Assembly (NCBI GenBank): GCA_902773165.1
Contig: CACYDO010000120.1
Location: forward strand, 1-44,941
Reading direction: 5' to 3'
DNA: 44,941 bases
DNA from: an uncultured Ruminococcus sp.
GTDB lineage: Bacteria > Bacillota > Clostridia > Oscillospirales > Acutalibacteraceae
Part shown: positions 35,206-44,052 of the stretch, one piece after another
Position numbering within the stretch: the stretch's first letter is position 1
Layout of the letters: every line of letters starts with the position of its first letter
Program-made: the position numbers and the translations under genes
The notes under the pieces: generated by a model
What the model was told of the DNA's origin: nothing
Database searches by the model: none
Seen by the model: the letters and a program-made list of their open reading frames with translations, nothing else

Positions 35206-35297
35206 TCGGCATGCACCGACAGGCAGTTCCGGCGGCGTGTCGCCGCTCACTGTTCCGATTATACTATGAGGTGACGGGAAATTGGTTTCCGCGCCGA
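35206..35297 (-). repeat. Dispersed composite repeat, copy 8 (minus orientation; head plus two tail units), starting 2 nt after the stop codon
   Basis: The minus-strand reading is ATCGGCGCGGAAACCAATT..TAGTATAATCGGAACAGTGAGCGGCGACACGCCGC CGGAACTGCCTGTCGGTGCATGCCGAC. Confidence 0.85.
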
Positions 35298-35353
35298 TAG
35301 TATCATTAATGATCAGTCTGATATTATATTTTTAATTATTATAATTATTCTGG

Positions 35354-35390
35354 ATTTCCGTGAGAGTTGTTTTCTCACGGGAATTTTTTT
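35354..35390 (+). terminator. Rho-independent terminator downstream of the 33975 gene and its repeat
   Basis: CCGTGAGA / TCTCACGG stem (extendable with A-T/G-U pairs), loop GTTGTTT, then a T-run (35384-35390). Confidence 0.65.
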
Positions 35391-35464
35391 GGAGAAAAAT
35401 AATCTGTGATGTTCGTGTGAAAATGTTGACTATGACTCAAATGAATGAGAGTAAGTTCATTATT

Positions 35465-35560
35465 TTGCAATATTATATGTGAAAAATTGCAATATTATTT
35501 TAAAATCCTGCTTTTTACGGAGAAATTTACAGCTTTTTTGAATTTTTTTCAAAAAAAATT
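35465..35560 (+). promoter_or_regulatory. Candidate operator cluster upstream of gdhA (TTGCAATATTAT direct repeats and an A/T palindrome)
   Basis: TTGCAATATTAT occurs at 35465-35476 and 35487-35498 (22-nt phasing). TTGCAAT occurs again at the -35. The palindrome AATTTTTTTCAAAAAAAATT lies at 35541-35560. Confidence 0.35.
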
Positions 35561-35571
35561 GAAATTGCCTA

Positions 35572-35600
35572 TTGCAATTTCACTTAGATAGTGCTATACT
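35572..35600 (+). promoter_or_regulatory. Promoter for gdhA
   Basis: TTGCAA (35572-35577), 17-nt spacer, TATACT (35595-35600). Confidence 0.55.
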
Positions 35601-35658
35601 CTAAGGGTAGTCTTCAACTGAATATATTTCAGTTAATTTTTTGTGGAGGATGATTACA

Positions 35659-37011
35659 ATGGCATTGAAAAATGAGTATTTGGTAAATCTTCTTGAAACA
35701 GTTAAGAAGCGCAATGCAGGCGAGCCTGAGTTCCTTCAGACTGTAACAGAGGTATTTGAAAGCATCGAGCCCGTGATCGACCAGCGCCCCGACCTTATTG
35801 AGTCCGGCGTAATGGAGCGTATTGTAGAGCCCGAAAGACAGATCATGTTCAGAGTTCCGTGGGTTGATGACAACGGCAAGGTTCAGGTAAACCGCGGATT
35901 CAGAGTTCAGTTCAACTCTGCGATCGGTCCTTACAAGGGCGGTCTTCGCTTCCACCCCTCCGTATATCTTGGTATCGTTAAGTTCTTAGGCTTTGAGCAG
36001 ATCTTCAAGAACAGCCTTACATCGCTTCCCATGGGCGGCGGCAAGGGCGGCTCTGACTTTGACCCGAAGGGCAAGTCTGACGCTGAGGTTATGCGTTTCT
36101 GCCAGAGCTTTATGACAGAGCTTTATCGTCACATCGGACCGAACCTTGATGTTCCGGCAGGCGACATCGGCGTAGGCGGCAGAGAGATCGGTTTCCTCTT
36201 TGGTCAGTACAAGCGTCTTAAGAATGATTTCTCGGGCGTTCTCACAGGCAAGGGCCTTGAGTACGGCGGATCTCTTATCCGTCCTGAGGCAACAGGCTAC
36301 GGCGCAGTTTATTATACACAGAATATGCTCAACTACTTCAAGGACGAGGTTAAGGGCAAGACATTCGTAGTATCCGGCTTCGGTAACGTTGCTTGGGGTA
36401 CAATCAAGAAGGTAAACGAGCTTGGCGGCAAGGTAGTTACAATTTCCGGCCCTGACGGCTATGTTTACGATCCCGATGGCATCAGCACAGACGAGAAGGT
36501 AGATTACCTCCTCGAGATGAGAGCTTCCTGCCGTGACTGCGTTAAGGATTACGCAGATAAGTTCGGCGCTCAGTTCTTCCCGGGCGAGAAGCCGTGGGGC
36601 GTTAAGGCTGACGTTCTCATGCCCTGCGCAACTCAGAACGAGGTTGGCATGGCAGAGGCTGAGAAGATCGTTGCTAACGGCGTTAAGTACTACGTTGAGG
36701 TTGCTAATATGCCTACTTCCAACGAAGCAGTTGCATACCTCAAGGAGAACGGCGTTATCGTTGCTCCTTCTAAGGCAGTAAACGCAGGCGGCGTTGCAGT
36801 TTCCGGTCTTGAGATGTCTCAGAACTCCATGCGTTACAACTGGACAGCAGAAGAGGTTGACGAGAAGCTTAAGGGCATTATGGCTAACATCTTCAATGCA
36901 AGCGTTGAAGCAGCTAACAAGTATGGTCTTGGCGACGACCTCGTAGCAGGCGCTAACATCGCAGGCTTCCTCAAGGTTGCAGAGGCTATGAAGGCTCAGG
37001 GTGTAGTTTGA
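35659..37011 (+). CDS. gdhA: NADP-specific glutamate dehydrogenase
   Basis: The catalytic-Lys motif is SLPMGGGKGGSDFDPKGKS. The Rossmann motif is VSGFGNVAWG. The length of about 450 aa fits the hexameric GDH class. ATG at 35659 lies 7 nt after GGAGGA. Confidence 0.94.
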   Translation: MALKNEYLVNLLETVKKRNAGEPEFLQTVTEVFESIEPVIDQRPDLIESGVMERIVEPERQIMFRVPWVDDNGKVQVNRGFRVQFNSAIGPYKGGLRFHPSVYLGIVKFLGFEQIFKNSLTSLPMGGGKGGSDFDPKGKSDAEVMRFCQSFMTELYRHIGPNLDVPAGDIGVGGREIGFLFGQYKRLKNDFSGVLTGKGLEYGGSLIRPEATGYGAVYYTQNMLNYFKDEVKGKTFVVSGFGNVAWGTIKKVNELGGKVVTISGPDGYVYDPDGISTDEKVDYLLEMRASCRDCVKDYADKFGAQFFPGEKPWGVKADVLMPCATQNEVGMAEAEKIVANGVKYYVEVANMPTSNEAVAYLKENGVIVAPSKAVNAGGVAVSGLEMSQNSMRYNWTAEEVDEKLKGIMANIFNASVEAANKYGLGDDLVAGANIAGFLKVAEAMKAQGVV

Positions 37012-37183
37012 TTTTAAACTGATATACACGAGTTGTTAGTGTGTATTCCTATGTGCCTTATAGCTACGGATAGTTGGTATCATCGTTATATAGGCTTTAA
37101 CGCTTTACGTGAATCAATGTAAAATATCCGTACAAATGCATATAAATATTTGCTAATAAAATCTCCATAATAAACACTCTTTG

Positions 37184-37228
37184 TATCCGCTCACGGTTTG
37201 CTCCTATGACCGTGGGCGGATATCTTTC
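37184..37228 (+). terminator. Possible terminator downstream of gdhA
   Basis: TATCCGCTCACGG / CCGTGGGCGGATA 13-bp stem (one G-U), followed by a weak TCTTTCT tract. It lies about 170 nt after the stop. Confidence 0.4.
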
Positions 37229-37380
37229 TGCTTGTAAACAAAAAAATCGTCATTTTACTGAATTTAAGATGATATTTCTGTTCAAAACAGAGAAAATATT
37301 GTAATGTTTGACACTTGTTAACAATGTTTTTATGTGATAAAATAATATTAACAGAAAATCGATACTTTGGGGGAGAAAGA

Positions 37381-38565
37381 ATGGGTCATTCAAAACGCAG
37401 TACCGAAGCTTTCAAAAGCAAAGCAAAAAAGGCAGATAAGCCGGAATTCTCTAAAAGAGACACGGCGGTCGTTAAGGGAATGGCTATTTTGTTTCTTGTA
37501 GCTTACCATTGTTTTTCTTCAAAGGAACGTTTGAACGGATGTGACGTCAGCTTTTATCCGCTTTCGCAGGAGATATGCTTTAAAATCTTTGAAAGCATGA
37601 ATATCTGCGTAGGAATGTTCGCGTTTTTATCTGCATACGGTCTGACAAAGACCATGAAATTTAAAAATCCGCTCCTTAACACAACTGCTAAGGAAAATAC
37701 GGAGTTTGTTACAAAAAGAACTGTCTCCCTGATCGGAGCATTTTTTATGCCGTTTGTTATAGGGCTGACAACATCGCTTTTTATAAAGCACTATAATCCG
37801 TATGGTCAGGGTGCGGCAAAGATATTAAACATCATTCTTGATATGCTCGGACTTGCCGGGCTTCTGCACACGCCTTTGCTAATAGGAACATGGTGGTACA
37901 TGAGCTTTGCTCTTGTTATTATTTTTCTGATTCCGTTTACAGTTGCTCTTTACAAAAAATTCGGAGTTCTGTGTCTGATACCTTACGCAGTTCTGCCGGT
38001 GCTGTTTTATCATGAGTTTATAAGCAGTGACAAGCTCGATAATATGACGCGCTGGCTGCTGACGATTCCTGTTGGCGTGATTTTTGCCGACTGCGATATT
38101 CTTGAAAAATGTAAACAGAGCAGCCTGGTAAAAAACAGAGTGCTAAGCAAGCTTATCAAGCTAGTTATTTTCACTGCTGTTCTGATCATTATGCTAAAGC
38201 TCAGGAATTATTCATGGGGCAAGGAGAAGTTTTATTACTACATAAGCACCATCGTTCCTGTGTTTTTTGTATATTATATGTATGAATTCATCACAGATAT
38301 CCCCGTGCTGAATTCCGTGCTTGCTTTTTTGGGAAAGCACTCTTCAAATATTTTCTTTATGCACACGTTCATCAGGGCAATATGGTTTCCGAAATTTACG
38401 TATTCATTCGGACATGCCTTTTTTACATACATTTTTATGTTGGGATTTTCGCTTGCAATATCAATGGCTATAATGGAAATTCAAAAGCTTCTTGGCTGGG
38501 ATAAATTAATTAAGAAATTAACGCAAAAAATTCTTTGCTTTGAAAACAAGATGTTTTCATACTGA
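37381..38565 (+). CDS. Acyltransferase_3-family integral membrane O-acyltransferase
   Basis: ATG at 37381 follows GGGGGAGAAAGA. It has the ..VKGMAILFLVAYHCF.. motif and about 10 TM helices. Confidence 0.8.
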   Translation: MGHSKRSTEAFKSKAKKADKPEFSKRDTAVVKGMAILFLVAYHCFSSKERLNGCDVSFYPLSQEICFKIFESMNICVGMFAFLSAYGLTKTMKFKNPLLNTTAKENTEFVTKRTVSLIGAFFMPFVIGLTTSLFIKHYNPYGQGAAKILNIILDMLGLAGLLHTPLLIGTWWYMSFALVIIFLIPFTVALYKKFGVLCLIPYAVLPVLFYHEFISSDKLDNMTRWLLTIPVGVIFADCDILEKCKQSSLVKNRVLSKLIKLVIFTAVLIIMLKLRNYSWGKEKFYYYISTIVPVFFVYYMYEFITDIPVLNSVLAFLGKHSSNIFFMHTFIRAIWFPKFTYSFGHAFFTYIFMLGFSLAISMAIMEIQKLLGWDKLIKKLTQKILCFENKMFSY

Positions 38566-38582
38566 TAATCGGAGGAAATGCC

Positions 38583-39578
38583 TTGGAAAAGATAGATTTC
38601 GTCATGATCTGGGTAGACGGAAACGACCCTGCGTGGCAAAGGGAGAAAAATCTTTACGATAAATCAAACAAGAGCGGCGACAGCACCGAGGTGCGCTACC
38701 GCAGTTGGGATAATTTGCAGTATTGGTTTCGCGCGGTAGAAAAATTTGCACCTTGGGTAAATAAGATCCATTTCGTAACATGGGGTCATTTGCCCGAGTG
38801 GCTCGATACAAGCAATCCGAAGCTCAATGTTGTGAACCATAAGGACTATATTCCCGAAAAGTATCTGCCTACGTTCAATGCAAATACGATAGAGCTTAAT
38901 CTGCACAGGATAAAGGGATTAGCGGACCAGTTTGTCTATTTCAACGACGATATGTTTATTACTGCGCCTGTTGAACCGACAGATTTCTTCGACAATGGCA
39001 GACCTCTTGATACGTATGCGCTTGATGCGATCTTCTTTGGAAAAAAAAGTGCGGGACACTTTAACGGCAACGATATCGAGATCATAAACGCTCATTTCGA
39101 TCGCCGTAAGGTCATGAAAAAGGATTTTGCAAAGTGGTTCACGCCGAAAAACGGACTTAAAAGACTTATCAAAACTACGGCCCTTACTCTCTGGCCGTGG
39201 TTCCCTGGAATGTATTACAGCCATTTGCCGAGCAATTTTCTGAAAAGCACATATGAAAAACTCTGGGAGCTTGAGGGCGAGGAACTTGACGCGACCTGCA
39301 GCGATAAATTTCGCACGAAGAGCAACTGTAATCAGTGGCTTATTAAATACTGGCAGCTTGCAGAGGGCATTTGCAAGCCGAAGGGAATTAAGGACGGAAT
39401 GTGCTTCCACATAAAGGATTCCCTTTTTGAAGAAATGCTTGGTGCAATAGAGAAGGGAAAGTACAAGCTTATCTGTATCAATGATACTGTGAATACAAGC
39501 AATTTTGAACTGCAGAAGCAGCAGGTAATTGACGCATTTGAAAAGCTGCTGCCCGAGAAATCGGGTTTTGAGAAGTAA
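38583..39578 (+). CDS. Stealth-family (CR1-CR4) hexose-1-phosphate transferase for capsule/cell-wall glycopolymer
   Basis: The CR1-like motif is DFVMIWVDGNDPAW. The CR2-like motif is RYRSWDNLQYWFRAVEKFAPWVNKIHFVT..H.PEWL. It also has LPTFNANTIE..LH.I.GL.DQFVYFNDDMF. The TTG start at 38583 lies 7 nt after GGAGG. Confidence 0.8.
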   Translation: MEKIDFVMIWVDGNDPAWQREKNLYDKSNKSGDSTEVRYRSWDNLQYWFRAVEKFAPWVNKIHFVTWGHLPEWLDTSNPKLNVVNHKDYIPEKYLPTFNANTIELNLHRIKGLADQFVYFNDDMFITAPVEPTDFFDNGRPLDTYALDAIFFGKKSAGHFNGNDIEIINAHFDRRKVMKKDFAKWFTPKNGLKRLIKTTALTLWPWFPGMYYSHLPSNFLKSTYEKLWELEGEELDATCSDKFRTKSNCNQWLIKYWQLAEGICKPKGIKDGMCFHIKDSLFEEMLGAIEKGKYKLICINDTVNTSNFELQKQQVIDAFEKLLPEKSGFEK

Positions 39579-39594
39579 TGATAAGGAGTTTGTA

Positions 39595-42279
39595 ATGGGA
39601 AAAGAAAAGAAGAAAGAGTACAAGTTTAAATTTTCGATCGTGATCCCCGTGTATAACGTTGAAAATTATCTGAAAGAAACGGTAGATTCGGTAATAAATC
39701 AGACGATCGGTTTTAAGGATAATATCCAGATAATCCTTGTCAATGATGGCAGTCCCGACAACAGCGAGGCTATCTGCAAGGAATATCAGAAAAAATATCC
39801 CGACAACATTGTGTATGTTCTCCAGGAAAACGGCGGAGTTTCGAGTGCACGCAACAACGGTATCAATTATATCGAAGGAAAATACACTAATTTTCTCGAT
39901 TCCGATGACTGCTGGAAAAAGGACGCTCTTAAGCTGATCTATGATTTCTTTGAGGAAAACTATGACGAGATCGACGTTGTTGGCGCAAGAAAGAAGTTCT
40001 TTGACGCTGCAAACGGCTACCATCATCTTGATTACAAATTTCGTGGAACAAGAGTTATTGATCTTCTCTCAAATTACGAGATGATCCAGATGGACGTTAC
40101 CGGCTCTGTTATCAAATCGAGCGCGATAGGCGATATTCGTTTTTCTACCAATCTTAAGTATGGCGAGGACGCACAGTTTATTAACTCCATAATTCTTGAT
40201 AAGTGCAAGATCGGCGTAGTTGCTGAGGCGATCCACCTTTACAGAAAAAGAGCCGATGAATCGTCCGCACTGCAAAACGAGCTTAAATCGGAAAGCTATT
40301 ATTTCGATTCCCCGAAATATTTCCACAACGATCTTATTCAGCAGTCGCTAAAACGCTACGGCCGCGTGCTTGAATTCATTCAGTATACGGTAATGTACGA
40401 TCTTCGCTGGAGACTCGGCAAGGAGATCGCCGGAATGCTTCCGATCGAGAAGCTTGAGGATTATAAAAATATTATAAATCAAACTCTGTCATACATCGAC
40501 GACAGAATTATCCTTGTTCAGAAAAACATGGGCGTTGGCGCTAAGGTCTACGCTCTGAATATCAAGTATAAAACCGATGTTACAAAGGCTCTTATCAGCG
40601 ATCACGGCAAGCTTTACTACGATAACATCTGTCTGATGAACCTTATGGACGTTCGTTCTCTGCTTATCTTTACCTTCATGGAGATCAAGGACGACGTGCT
40701 GTACATCGAAGGAAAAGATAATCTTTTCCTTAACATTGAGGACTATACCTTTTACGCAAAGCTCAATGGCAAGGTTTACGAGCCTGTTCGCTACAAAACA
40801 GAAAAGTACGATACTCAGATCCTCGGCTTTAAAGCTTTTGAGGGTAAGGGCTTTAAATTTGAGATCCCTGTTAAAAAGGGCAGGGAAGACGGCATTGAGT
40901 TCTTTATTGTATTCAAGAAGACGTATGTTACAAGAATTTACTTTGCAATGGGTAAATTCGCTCATATTCCGTCAAGCGGCAAGGACGCGGGCTTCTACTG
41001 CACAGGCGACTATATTCTTCGTGTAAAGGGCAAGACGCTTAAAATCATTCCCTACAAAAAGCGCCGTCATCTTAAATATGAGCTGGAATACTGGGATCTT
41101 CTCAGAAAGTCGAAGCGCAGCTATCTTATCAAATCGCGTTTCCTCTATTACCTTATGCGTCCGTTCAATAAGCATGTATGGCTTATTTCAGACCGCCCGA
41201 ACAAGGCAGGCGACAACGGTGAGCATTTCTTCCGTTATGTTCAAAGCGTTCAACACCGCGGTATAAAGCCGTATTTTGTTCTTCAGAAGGACAGCGAGGA
41301 CTACGAGAAGATGTCTAAGGTCGGCAAGATCATCGACTTTGATTCCGTTAAGTTCCGCCTTATGACGCTGCAAAGCGAAAATGTCATTTCATCTCAGGCG
41401 AGCGAATATGTGCTCAATCCTTACGGCGGCGATTACAAATTCATGTCCGACCTGTACAACTACAATTTCGTATTTTTACAGCATGGTATTACAAAAGACG
41501 ATATTTCGGGCTGGCTTAATAAGACGAACAAAAATATCAAGCTTTTTGTAACTGCCGGAAAGCCGGAATACAAGTCTATCATTGACGGCGAGTATTTCTA
41601 CGATGAAGAAGTTGTAAGACTGACAGGCTTCCCGAGATTTGACAACCTTGCAAGAATGGCAAAGGACGTTAAGAAAAAGATCCTTATCATTCCTACATGG
41701 CGTAAAACTCTCGATAAGTGCGTTGACCCGAAAACCGATACCAGTGTTTATTACGATAAGTTTAAGGAAAGCGATTTCTTTGCGTTCTATAACGGTCTTA
41801 TCAACAACGAAAAGCTCATTTCCTGCATGAAAAAGCACGGCTATGAGGGCTTGTTCTGCCTTCATCCGCTTTTTGCACAGCAGTATGTTGATTTCACCGA
41901 AAATGACGTTTTCAAGGTAAATCACGGCTATGTTGATTATCAGACTCAGTTCGCTCAGTCTGCTCTCCTCGTTACAGACTTCTCCAGCGTATTCTTCGAT
42001 TTCGGTTACCTGAAAAAGCCTGTTGTATATTCTCAGTTCGATAAGGACGAGTTCTTTAAGGGTCACTCATACTCCGAGGGCTATTTCAGCTACGAAGACA
42101 ATGGCTTCGGACCTGTTTGCCGCGATCTTGAAAGCACTGTAAACGCGATCTGCGGTTACATTGAGAACGACTGCAAAAACAGTGAAAAATATATCAAGAG
42201 GATTGAGGATTTCTACCCGTTCTTTGACGACAACAGCTGTAAGAGAGTATACGATGACGTACTCAGACTCAGTGAATAA
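39595..42279 (+). CDS. Bifunctional glycosyltransferase family 2 (N-terminal) / CDP-glycerol glycerophosphotransferase TagB/TagF-family (C-terminal) protein
   Basis: The GT2 part has FSIVIPVYNVENYLKETVDSVINQT, VNDGSPD and DSDD. The C-terminal half has FLQHGITKDD, IIPTWR and other TagF-type motifs. ATG at 39595 follows TAAGGAG. Confidence 0.85.
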   Translation: MGKEKKKEYKFKFSIVIPVYNVENYLKETVDSVINQTIGFKDNIQIILVNDGSPDNSEAICKEYQKKYPDNIVYVLQENGGVSSARNNGINYIEGKYTNFLDSDDCWKKDALKLIYDFFEENYDEIDVVGARKKFFDAANGYHHLDYKFRGTRVIDLLSNYEMIQMDVTGSVIKSSAIGDIRFSTNLKYGEDAQFINSIILDKCKIGVVAEAIHLYRKRADESSALQNELKSESYYFDSPKYFHNDLIQQSLKRYGRVLEFIQYTVMYDLRWRLGKEIAGMLPIEKLEDYKNIINQTLSYIDDRIILVQKNMGVGAKVYALNIKYKTDVTKALISDHGKLYYDNICLMNLMDVRSLLIFTFMEIKDDVLYIEGKDNLFLNIEDYTFYAKLNGKVYEPVRYKTEKYDTQILGFKAFEGKGFKFEIPVKKGREDGIEFFIVFKKTYVTRIYFAMGKFAHIPSSGKDAGFYCTGDYILRVKGKTLKIIPYKKRRHLKYELEYWDLLRKSKRSYLIKSRFLYYLMRPFNKHVWLISDRPNKAGDNGEHFFRYVQSVQHRGIKPYFVLQKDSEDYEKMSKVGKIIDFDSVKFRLMTLQSENVISSQASEYVLNPYGGDYKFMSDLYNYNFVFLQHGITKDDISGWLNKTNKNIKLFVTAGKPEYKSIIDGEYFYDEEVVRLTGFPRFDNLARMAKDVKKKILIIPTWRKTLDKCVDPKTDTSVYYDKFKESDFFAFYNGLINNEKLISCMKKHGYEGLFCLHPLFAQQYVDFTENDVFKVNHGYVDYQTQFAQSALLVTDFSSVFFDFGYLKKPVVYSQFDKDEFFKGHSYSEGYFSYEDNGFGPVCRDLESTVNAICGYIENDCKNSEKYIKRIEDFYPFFDDNSCKRVYDDVLRLSE

Positions 42280-42292
42280 TACTGCAAAAACA

Positions 42293-42335
42293 CGCTCCCT
42301 GCACCGGACGGACAGGGAGCGCATATATTTATTAT
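42293..42335 (+). terminator. Terminator after the GT2/TagF gene
   Basis: CGCTCCCTG / CAGGGAGCG 9-bp GC-rich stem, followed by an A/T-rich stretch with T-runs. Confidence 0.6.
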
Positions 42336-42352
42336 TTTGAGGGGGTCATAAT

Positions 42353-43435
42353 ATGTCCAAAAAGAAGCAGCAAACGACGCTGCACCGAAACGGAAAAATA
42401 GAGCTTCTGCGCTTTGTTTTCGCTTTCTTTGTTGCATTTTTTCATTTGGGCTGCTCTGTAGAGCATAGCAGCGAGAAATTCAAAACCGGATATATGGCGG
42501 TTGAGTTTTTCTTTTTGGTAACGGGCTATCTTATGGCTAAATCTTTGTCAAAAGAACTTACAGATAATAGTTCCCAGGGAAACGAGCGGCTGATAAATAC
42601 AAGTCTTTCATTTGCGTGGAAAAAGTATACGTCGTTTATTTATACTTTTTTGGCGTCTGTCGTTTTTACCTCGGCTGCGTGGATTAATTATTACGACCTT
42701 TCTGCAAAGGAATGGATCCTGAAAATGGCAGACGCTGTTCCTACATTTCTGCTTTTGCCCGTGTTTGGCTTCAAAACTGCACCTTGGTACATACCTACAT
42801 GGTATCTTTCTGCAATGATGGTAACGGTCGTTATATTGACGCCGATACTTTTAAAGCACGGGAAGTTCTATTCTCTTTACGCTGCGCCTGTTCTGTCGTT
42901 GGCAATGCTAGGTTTTATTTATCGCTCAAAAGGTTATTTTGACGTTAACGGCGACAACTGGGAAGGCCGGATAAATCTGGGTTTACTGCGCGCTTTTGCT
43001 GAGATATCGCTCGGCTGCACGGCTTATTATCTTGTGGAAGGCGGATATCTTAAAAAATTTGGCAGAAAATTGCTGTCTGCGGCAGCGATACTGTGTTACG
43101 CAGCTGTATTTGCGTTTATGTTCGGCGACTACGATCATTCAATGCAGATAATCGTTATTTTGCTGATGTTTGCAGCGGTGTTGATAACATTTAATAATGG
43201 AGATACATTTAAATTTTTAAACAATAAGTTCGTCTATTTCTTAGGAAAGCTTAGTCTGCCTGTTTATTTGTTCCATACTATTGCAAGAAATTATATTCTG
43301 AAAATTAATTCGATCAATGACAGTTATTTAAAGCAATGTGTGGTTTTATTTATTGCGACCATTGCTTTGTCATTAGTGGGTATGGCGCTGGCTGAGCTGC
43401 TGAAAAAACTTGTGGAAAAAGTGCAGAAGTTTTAA
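42353..43435 (+). CDS. Acyltransferase_3-family integral membrane O-acyltransferase (second copy in the locus)
   Basis: It has the NGKIELLRFVFAFFVAFFHL motif and is multi-TM. SD is GAGGGGG. Confidence 0.8.
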   Translation: MSKKKQQTTLHRNGKIELLRFVFAFFVAFFHLGCSVEHSSEKFKTGYMAVEFFFLVTGYLMAKSLSKELTDNSSQGNERLINTSLSFAWKKYTSFIYTFLASVVFTSAAWINYYDLSAKEWILKMADAVPTFLLLPVFGFKTAPWYIPTWYLSAMMVTVVILTPILLKHGKFYSLYAAPVLSLAMLGFIYRSKGYFDVNGDNWEGRINLGLLRAFAEISLGCTAYYLVEGGYLKKFGRKLLSAAAILCYAAVFAFMFGDYDHSMQIIVILLMFAAVLITFNNGDTFKFLNNKFVYFLGKLSLPVYLFHTIARNYILKINSINDSYLKQCVVLFIATIALSLVGMALAELLKKLVEKVQKF

Positions 43436-43484
43436 AATTTCTCTTTACAAATTTAATTTTATATTATATAATACTAAAAAGGAT

Positions 43485-43494
43485 AATAATTATT
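43485..43494. promoter_or_regulatory. Candidate Fur/PerR-box half (perfect 10-bp palindrome) in the perR upstream region
   Basis: AATAATTATT sits within GGATAATAATTATTGAT and resembles Fur-family boxes (TTATAAT-N-ATTATAA / GATAATGATAATCATTATC). Confidence 0.4.
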
Positions 43495-43591
43495 GATTTC
43501 CTGTGTTCCCTGCAACAGGGCGTACTATGCCCGTTTAGCTTATATTTACATTTTGACTAATTTTTTTATTTTATCAACTGCGGAGAGAATT

Positions 43592-43972
43592 ATGAGGACT
43601 CAAAATTATTCAAGAAAGAGACAGGCGATCTACGAGCTGCTTTTGTCGACAGATACCCACCCATCTGCAGAGTGGATATATAATTCACTGAAACCGCAGT
43701 ATCCCGATCTGAGCTTGGGAACGGTTTACAGAAATCTAAAGCTGCTCGAAGGAAACGGGGCTGTACGGTCGGTTGCTGTGGTTGACGGCTGTGAGCGATA
43801 CGACGCGAAGATGACGCGTCACTCCCATTTCGTCTGTAAAAAGTGCGGAAAGATCACAGATGTATTTTTCACGGAAACTATGCCTGATTTAACAGAGAAG
43901 GTCTATATTGACGCAGCAAAGGACGTAGAGGAATACAATCTTATTTTTTACGGCATCTGCACAGAATGCTGA
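43592..43972 (+). CDS. perR: Fur-family transcriptional regulator, PerR-like by context
   Basis: It has the winged-helix motif ..HPSAEWIY..L...YP.LSLGTVYRNLK.L...G.V and CxxC pairs (CKKCG, ..GICTEC). ATG at 43592 follows GGAGAG. The subtype is inferred only from the adjacent rubrerythrin. Confidence 0.8.
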   Translation: MRTQNYSRKRQAIYELLLSTDTHPSAEWIYNSLKPQYPDLSLGTVYRNLKLLEGNGAVRSVAVVDGCERYDAKMTRHSHFVCKKCGKITDVFFTETMPDLTEKVYIDAAKDVEEYNLIFYGICTEC

Positions 43973-44052
43973 CGGATATTCAAAAACGGCTGAGATGTCG
44001 GTTTTTTTTATATCTTATATGTATTATTTCATTGATCAGGAGGTAATTTATT

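Noticed and set aside
35986-37029. A 347-aa minus-strand ORF covers most of gdhA.
   Set aside because: The plus frame carries unmistakable glutamate dehydrogenase motifs. The antisense product is Leu/Cys/Ala/Val-rich and composition-driven, with no SD.
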